This document shows, one piece after another, positions 59,701 through 64,000 of a DNA stretch of 64,000 nucleotides. The stretch's first letter is position 1. Each line of letters starts with the position of its first letter. Origin of the DNA: Bacteroidota bacterium (GTDB lineage Bacteria > Bacteroidota > Bacteroidia > Chitinophagales > LD1); contig CANJZE010000002.1 of NCBI GenBank assembly GCA_947479455.1, forward strand, positions 29,458 through 93,457. The letters are read 5' to 3'. The notes beneath the pieces are model-generated. The model had not been told where the DNA came from, did not search any database, and saw only the letters and a list, made by a program, of their open reading frames with translations. Made by a program: the position numbers and the translations under genes.

Positions 59701-62700
59701 GTTGAAAGTGCAGAAACAGGTTGCGTAACAACTGAAGATGTTGTAGCAGTGCAACTATTCGCATCGCTTACAGTAACTGTGTAAGTTCCTGAAATTACGT
59801 TCGAAAGATTTTGCGAAATACTTCCATTGCTCCAATTGAATGAATAAGCACCTATGCCACCACTTGCACTTAATGTTACACTTCCGTTATTTCCCCCGAA
59901 ACAAGAAACACTAATGTTTGTGGTTGAAAGAATAATTGCAGCAGCGGGTTGTGCAATGGTAGATGATAAAGCGGCTGTGCAAAGATTTGCATCAGTAACC
60001 GTAACCGTATAAGTTCCGACAGCAAGTGCTGTTCTGTTTTGTGTAACAACTCCTCCGCCCCAGTTATAACTGAATGCTCCTGTTCCGCCAGTGGCAGAAA
60101 TATTTATTGCGCCTGTGTTTGCACCGTTGCATAAAATATTTGTTGCCGTTGCTGAAACTGAAATAGCAGTTGGCTGAGTAATGTTGCTGTTTGAAATTGC
60201 CGAGCATCCTAAACCATCGGTCACTGTAACAGAATATGTTCCTGCAGTAAGTGTTGTTCTGTCTTGTGTATTAATTCCTCCGCCCCAGTTATAAGTTACA
60301 GGTGCAGTTCCGCCTACAATCGTTACATCAATCGCTCCGTTGTTTCCTCCGTTGCATGAAACATTTGTATTAGCTGCGGAGAGTGTAATTCCGGTTCCCA
60401 GCTGTGAAACTGAAATTGATTTTGATGAAGTGCAGCCAACATTATCGGTAACAGTTACGGTATAAGTTCCTGCATAAAGTGAAGTTCTGTTTTGTGTAAG
60501 TATACCACCGCCCCAGTTAAATGTATAAGGAGAAGCTCCACCACTTACAGTAAGTGTAATAGCTCCGTTATTTCCCGGAGCACAGGTAGCATCTATAACA
60601 GCTTGCGAAATATTTATAGCGATCGGTTGAGTGATTGTTGCAGAACCTGTAACACTGCATCCGTTGTTATCTGTTGCAGTTACATTGTAAGTTCCTGCTG
60701 AAAGAGTTGTTCTATTTTGTGTAACAATTCCACCACCCCAGTTATAAGTATAAGGAGAAGTTCCTCCGTTGATGGTAACATTTATACTTCCGTTAGCTCC
60801 ACCGTTACAAATGTTATTTGCATGCGTTTGTGAAAATGAAAGTGAAGTTGGCTGTGTAATGCTCACCGATGTTGCAATGGTGCACGCGCGATTATCAGTT
60901 GCCGTTACGTTATAAGTTCCAATGGCAAGATTCGTTCTGTCTTCTGTAGTAATTGCACCAGTCCAGTTATAAGTATAAGGAGTTGTTCCTCCGCTTACCG
61001 TAATATCAATTGCTCCGTTGCTTCCTCCGTTGCACGAAACATTTGTCGCTGTGTTTGAAATAGCAAGAGCAGTTGGTTGTATAATAATTGCAGAAGCAGT
61101 TGCCGTGCAACTCTTGTTATCAGTCACCGTTACGTTGTAAGTTCCTACGTTAAGTGACGTTCTGTTTTGTGTTACGATTCCACCGCCCCAGTTGTAAGCG
61201 TATGGACTGGTTCCGCCTGTAGCAGTTAAATTGATTGTTCCGTTGTTTCCTCCGTTGCATGAAACATTTGTTTGTGTAGTTGATGCGCTCAACACAGTTG
61301 GTTGCGTTAGAGTTGCTGTTGCCGTAGCGGTGCAAGTATTCACATCTGAAACGGTTACTGTAAACGTTCCACTTGCGATTGAAGAAATATTTTGTGCAGT
61401 AGCACTGTTACTCCATGCAAAAGTATATGGAGAACTTCCTCCGCTCACCACTAAATTGATTGAACCATTCGTACTTCCGAAACAAGAAGGATTAGTTGCA
61501 GTTGGTGCAACAGTAATTGCAGTTGGCTGAGAAATGTTTATGCTTCTTGAAACCGTGCAACTGTTTGCATCGGCAACAGTAACGGTATAATTTCCTGATG
61601 CAAGTGAAGAAACATCCTGTGTGCTTCCACTGTTGCTCCAGTTGTAAGTGTAAGCACCTGTGCCGCCACTTACGGTTAAATCAATTGAACCATTGCTTGC
61701 TCCAAAACAATTTCCGTTCACATGAGTTTCAGAAGTTGTAATAGCTGTTGGTTGTGTAATCACTACACTTCGTGTTGTGCTACATCCATTAAAATCTGTA
61801 ATGGTAACCGAATAAGTATTTGCGCTTAAGTTGCTGATGTCCTCCGTTAATGCTGCGTTATTCCAGGCAAATGTGTAAGGCGAAACTCCACCATTTGGTG
61901 TAAGATTTATGCTTCCATTGTTTCCCGCATTGCACGAAACAGAAACGTTTGTTGCAGTACTCGTAAGGTTAGAAACAGGTTGCGTAATAGTATATGAAGC
62001 TGTTACCGAACATCCAACGGTATTGCTCACCGTTACGGTGTAAGTGCCCGCAACAATATTTGTTCTGTCCTGCGAAACAATTCCACCGCCCCAGTTATAA
62101 GTGAAGGGCGCGTTTGTTCCGGTAACAGTAATATCAATTCCTCCATTGGTTCCACCAATGCACGAAACGTTTGTGCTGGTTCCGCTCACATTCAAATTGG
62201 CAATGGAAATTGTTTGCGAAGCGTTTGCTGTGCAACCATAAGCATCGGTTGCAGTCAACGAATAAGTTCCTCCCGCTACTGCTGTAATGTTTGGAGTAGT
62301 ATTTCCATTACTCCATAAATAACTATAAGGCAAAATTCCATTTGTTGGTGAAGCAGAAATTAGAATTGTTCCTCCGTTGCAAATGGATGCTGCCGGAGAA
62401 ACAGTGGTAGCGAGTGTTGGGTGACTCACATAAACAGTTTGCGAAACTGTTTTTACGCAAGCACCAAAGGTCATAGAGCAAGTGTAAGTTGTAGTTACCG
62501 CAGGAGTAGCAATCGGATTTCTAATGTTTGCATTGCTCAAACCAAGTGCAGGACTCCACGAATAAGTAACTCCTCCGCTTGCAATCAATTGTGTTGATTG
62601 ACCTAAACATAAAGTGGTATCGCTTGCAGTAATTGTTGCGGGTATATCATCGCGTATAGTAATAGTTGCACTTGATGAAACTGCACCTGTACAAGGATCG

Positions 62701-63863
62701 AGCGTTGCAAGTGTTACCGTTTCTGCAGGCTCCGTAATTCCATCAACCAGCGGATTTAAATCAATAGCTACAGAAGATTGACCGGCTGGAATCATCACTA
62801 CTAATGGAATAGCTGTGTAATCACTTCCGTTAGTAGCATTGCCGGTAATCGAAAGATTTACATAAACATCTACGGTTTGAATTTGCGAAAGTGTAAGTGT
62901 AAAAGTTCCGCCAACACAACCTTCGTAAGCCGAAGAAAATCCTGCGTAGTCCAATGCAGAAATGGCAGAAACAGAAACAGGATTTGACGTAAAGGAATAA
63001 GCTGAAAGAAAAACTCCTGAATCATAAATTCTATCAGCCACATCGGCAATGGCAATTTTTAAATGATAAACCTGACAAGGAACCACCGATGCAGTAGCAG
63101 TTAATACAGTAGTCATTCCATCGTAAACAATATTTGTATTAACGGGTGAAAGATTGTTGCGATAGTAAGCCGTGTTTGTAAGCGAAGGACAGTTAGAAGA
63201 ATTCCAAGTTGTGCCACCATAAGTTCCCGAAGTTCCTCCGTTTACTGTATTAATTGCAACAGGCAAAGTACCGCCTGGAATAGTTGCTAAATTTTTGCTG
63301 GCATAATTTCCACCACCGGGGTTTGGGCCCGAAATAAAAAATCCAAACACATCGTTGTAAGGTGAGCAAACAAATTCAGGATATTCTTCCGATGCAAAAA
63401 CATAATCGAATTTCAACAGCGGCCCTTGCGGAACAATATCAAATTCCAACACACATGGGTCGTAAATTGTGCCCGTAGTTAAAGTAGAAAGTTGCGCATC
63501 GCCTGATGCAGTAAAAGAAGAGGAAGCAAAGTTAGTGGCTGTTTGCGGTACATTGGTTACTCTACCCGTTGACATTACTACACCACCCGGCATTCCAATA
63601 TTCGAGCTTACGTTGTTGAATGTACCGGTTCCGTTTGCACTGCAAGTAAGCGTATAGTTTGTGATAGAAACACCTGGACCTGCCAGTAATTGCGCCAACG
63701 TTTGCGAGTTAGCGTTTTGAACAACCGCTACCTGCGCTTGAATAGAAAGGAATGAAACCGTTGAAATAAACAGAAGCAAAAAAGCCTTCCGTAACTCACA
63801 AGAAAATCCTTGTAAGATTTTTATTTTTTGAGTGTAATTTCTGTTTGGGTCGAGCTGCTTCAT
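53742..63863 (-). CDS. Giant SprB-repeat adhesin: choice-of-anchor-L-like N-domain, Calx-beta-like domain, SprB repeats, PKD domain and T9SS type B (gliding-motility) CTD
   Basis: YVFASEEYPE..C..YNDVFGF; many C.G..NG.I...V.GG..PY.Y.W...L.AG.Y.VTVTD.N.C units; FWDFGN; TPNAFTPNGDGNND...IFDRWG...WDG...G.LTILR; start 63863 or 63869. Confidence 0.92.
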   Translation of the reverse strand: MKQLDPNRNYTQKIKILQGFSCELRKAFLLLFISTVSFLSIQAQVAVVQNANSQTLAQLLAGPGVSITNYTLTCSANGTGTFNNVSSNIGMPGGVVMSTGRVTNVPQTATNFASSSFTASGDAQLSTLTTGTIYDPCVLEFDIVPQGPLLKFDYVFASEEYPEFVCSPYNDVFGFFISGPNPGGGNYASKNLATIPGGTLPVAINTVNGGTSGTYGGTTWNSSNCPSLTNTAYYRNNLSPVNTNIVYDGMTTVLTATASVVPCQVYHLKIAIADVADRIYDSGVFLSAYSFTSNPVSVSAISALDYAGFSSAYEGCVGGTFTLTLSQIQTVDVYVNLSITGNATNGSDYTAIPLVVMIPAGQSSVAIDLNPLVDGITEPAETVTLATLDPCTGAVSSSATITIRDDIPATITASDTTLCLGQSTQLIASGGVTYSWSPALGLSNANIRNPIATPAVTTTYTCSMTFGACVKTVSQTVYVSHPTLATTVSPAASICNGGTILISASPTNGILPYSYLWSNGNTTPNITAVAGGTYSLTATDAYGCTANASQTISIANLNVSGTSTNVSCIGGTNGGIDITVTGTNAPFTYNWGGGIVSQDRTNIVAGTYTVTVSNTVGCSVTASYTITQPVSNLTSTATNVSVSCNAGNNGSINLTPNGGVSPYTFAWNNAALTEDISNLSANTYSVTITDFNGCSTTRSVVITQPTAITTSETHVNGNCFGASNGSIDLTVSGGTGAYTYNWSNSGSTQDVSSLASGNYTVTVADANSCTVSRSINISQPTAITVAPTATNPSCFGSTNGSINLVVSGGSSPYTFAWSNSATAQNISSIASGTFTVTVSDVNTCTATATATLTQPTVLSASTTQTNVSCNGGNNGTINLTATGGTSPYAYNWGGGIVTQNRTSLNVGTYNVTVTDNKSCTATASAIIIQPTALAISNTATNVSCNGGSNGAIDITVSGGTTPYTYNWTGAITTEDRTNLAIGTYNVTATDNRACTIATSVSITQPTSLSFSQTHANNICNGGANGSINVTINGGTSPYTYNWGGGIVTQNRTTLSAGTYNVTATDNNGCSVTGSATITQPIAINISQAVIDATCAPGNNGAITLTVSGGASPYTFNWGGGILTQNRTSLYAGTYTVTVTDNVGCTSSKSISVSQLGTGITLSAANTNVSCNGGNNGAIDVTIVGGTAPVTYNWGGGINTQDRTTLTAGTYSVTVTDGLGCSAISNSNITQPTAISVSATATNILCNGANTGAINISATGGTGAFSYNWGGGVVTQNRTALAVGTYTVTVTDANLCTAALSSTIAQPAAAIILSTTNISVSCFGGNNGSVTLSASGGIGAYSFNWSNGSISQNLSNVISGTYTVTVSDANSCTATTSSVVTQPVSALSTVLSPTNILCNSANTGAINNAVSGGTSPYTFVWNDGITAQNRTSFAAGTYSVTVTDNKLCSASSTATIIQPSAISISPVVNNISCNGGNNGAITLTVTGGTGAYSFNWGGGIITQNRTSLSVGTYTVTVTDANLCTATSSSIITQPSTLTLTLNSGTSVCANATGTATAVLNNSGTAPYNYAWSNGGANSQNQNGLAPGNISVTVTDANSCSISSSVLVGLSGNNTNANFTFTGNLCAPNATVNFTHTGSNGLTSQFWDFGNAGATASTPTASYTYPSAGTYNVNHVVYRGFCADSIVKVVTIKNSPVIAPTVTNVLCNGTSNGSITLAVSSGTTPYAFNWGGGIITQNRTSLAPGNYSVTVTDASPCSATFTTTITEPTVLTVTNSNTNVTCSGGNNGAINLTVTGGTGAYTYNWGGGIATQNRTGLIGGTYTVTVSDANACSSVNSILLYQPNAISLVTSVTNILCNAQNNGAIDLTAIGGTGAYAYNWGGGIISQNRTNLTAGNYSVTVNDANNCTATIAATVTQPSTLSTTLSTSNISCFSGNNGSITSSTTGGNSPYNYLWNDGNVNANRSSLNAGTYSVTVSDANACSVSETTIVAQPATAVSVNVVSASTLNCYGNNNGTINISAGGGVPAYTYLWGDGSSLQNRTNMLGGSYFVTATDQNGCSAATSASITQPSAPLSIDAMIATNVLCYGAATGAITTTVSGGTSPYTYNWGAGITTPNRTNIAAGTYIVSVTDNNGCSASSSATITQPASAVSVSTVVTSTTCNGGSNGAIATSISGGISPYAFNWGGGITSQNRTNLIAGIYNVVATDSNNCTASASATVTQPNAVSLSTGVTNVSCNGGNNGAINLNVIGGTSGYTYNWGGGITSQNRTNLVAAAYAVTVTDANGCAAATSANISQPTALSATTVTGQVSCYGGSNGTVTVTVNGGMVPYTFLWNGSPGQQSISNIPAGNYSVTVVDYNNCTTAVNVNITQPTQIVTTTSVTNVPCNGGNNGAISLSVNGGTPGYTYNWGGGIISANRTNLIAGNYPVTITDNNLCTVATSATITQPSLALSAVASATNVLCNGGNTGAINLTVNGGTSPYSYNWGSGIISQNRTNLLAGNYSVTITDANSCSASLSKIITQPTAIAIAETHVNAICNGNMTGSIDITTTGGTGNYSYNWSNGYNTEDLAAILAGNYSVTVSDANSCTVVKSIAVTQPTAISIGLNYNNVSCNGGNNGNIDLTVSGAVAPYVYLWNTGAATQDLQSIVAGNYSVTIHDANNCVANANVNVTQPIGLVVVTNTHTDVSCNGGNNGSIDISIVGGTFPFVYQWSDGGNTEDRTSLSAGTYSITVNDQNSCAVSQPIVITEPTAISVTLTPIDVICNGNTNGSISSVVSGGVTNYNYQWSNSASTVSINNILAGNYSLTLTDANSCSVVRSAIINQPTALVISNSKTDVLCNGGSNGAIDVTTTGGTTPYNYHWNGGGASEDLNGVVAGNYSVSVYDSHNCSATSSAILIQPAALQLAMAKTDPLCNGANNGAINTTVNGGVPPMNYLWNTGAHDEDPNQLPAGTYTVSVTDSHGCVVSGSQNLVMPASLILSETHTDASCNASSNGTISVVVAGGTSPFVYKWNNSASTSVISNLVAGSYGVTVNDANGCGALLNAITISQPAFLGVAVTATDVACLGAHNGTVNASINGGTTPYNYHWNNGATTEDLANVIAGTYRLTITDANGCTQIANALINTLPQLSVNGTADQLPCTNATGGINVTVNNGSAPYTFHWSNGETTEDLSDVHSGIYGVTIQDANGCPFDTSFTIINLNSFNVNASGGGTITLGATSELHVTSTGSPQTTYSWTPVFGMNCTTCNDVTVQPGQTTLYTVVGMDINGCEAQDTITVNVIEDHTIFTPNAFTPNGDGNNDYFELFGNKAGIKKFNIMIFDRWGEKVFESEETDFKWDGVYKGELLQPSVCVYVMKAVFLDGHNEKIYKGSLTILR

Positions 63864-63872
63864 GGTCATGTT

Positions 63873-63880
63873 CCTCCTTA
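63873..63880 (-). promoter_or_regulatory. Canonical Shine-Dalgarno TAAGGAGG
   Basis: Minus strand TAAGGAGG AACATGACC ATG; 9 nt from the ATG at 63863. Confidence 0.55.
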
Positions 63881-64000
63881 TAATACAGGCTTACGGATGA
63901 AGCAGGAAAAGGTTTTACCAAACGCACGAAGGGAGGCTTATCTTTTGCACAGGTTTTCAACACATAGGCAGTGTCACACAATCCTAAAAACAACTTTTGC

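Noticed and set aside
53742-63863. Regularly spaced near-identical DNA motifs resembling a CRISPR array
   Set aside because: Period is about 225 nt, in frame within one ORF (SprB repeats), and there are no cas genes
1-64000. Reverse transcriptase/DGR, transposase, prophage or rRNA
   Set aside because: No such motifs recognised in any long ORF or intergenic region

Overview
Bacteroidota chromosomal segment, judged from TAnnTTTG promoters, T9SS C-terminal domains, SprB repeats and a flexirubin/aryl-polyene-type ACP-KS-CLF set; a Chitinophagales/Saprospirales-like lineage is my inference. Most of it is housekeeping: transketolase N-subunit, DEAD helicase, rpsF-rpsR-rplI, two phosphohexomutases, rlmB, PDH E2 and tRNA-Lys. 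Main candidate for an undescribed system: a tightly packed ~22 kb minus-strand gene run (34103->12092). It encodes a 2201-aa YD/TcB-like protein, a 2559-aa Rhs protein with an unrecognised cationic/hydrophobic C-terminal tip, a large predicted outer-membrane beta-barrel, a secreted accessory protein sharing the barrel's N-terminal domain, a T9SS cargo, a beta-helix lipoprotein and two paralogous secreted proteins. A putative HTH-TPR regulator lies divergent to it. Other highlights: two tRNA-Lys-like elements with rebuilt TCCCG/CGGGA anticodon arms flanking a true tRNA-Lys(CTT); a perfect 19-bp palindrome at the cytochrome c-FTR1 promoter; short-period tandem/inverted repeats in intergenic gaps and protein linkers; and a canonical Shine-Dalgarno before a giant SprB-like adhesin. 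All family assignments come from motif recognition by eye; no searches were run.
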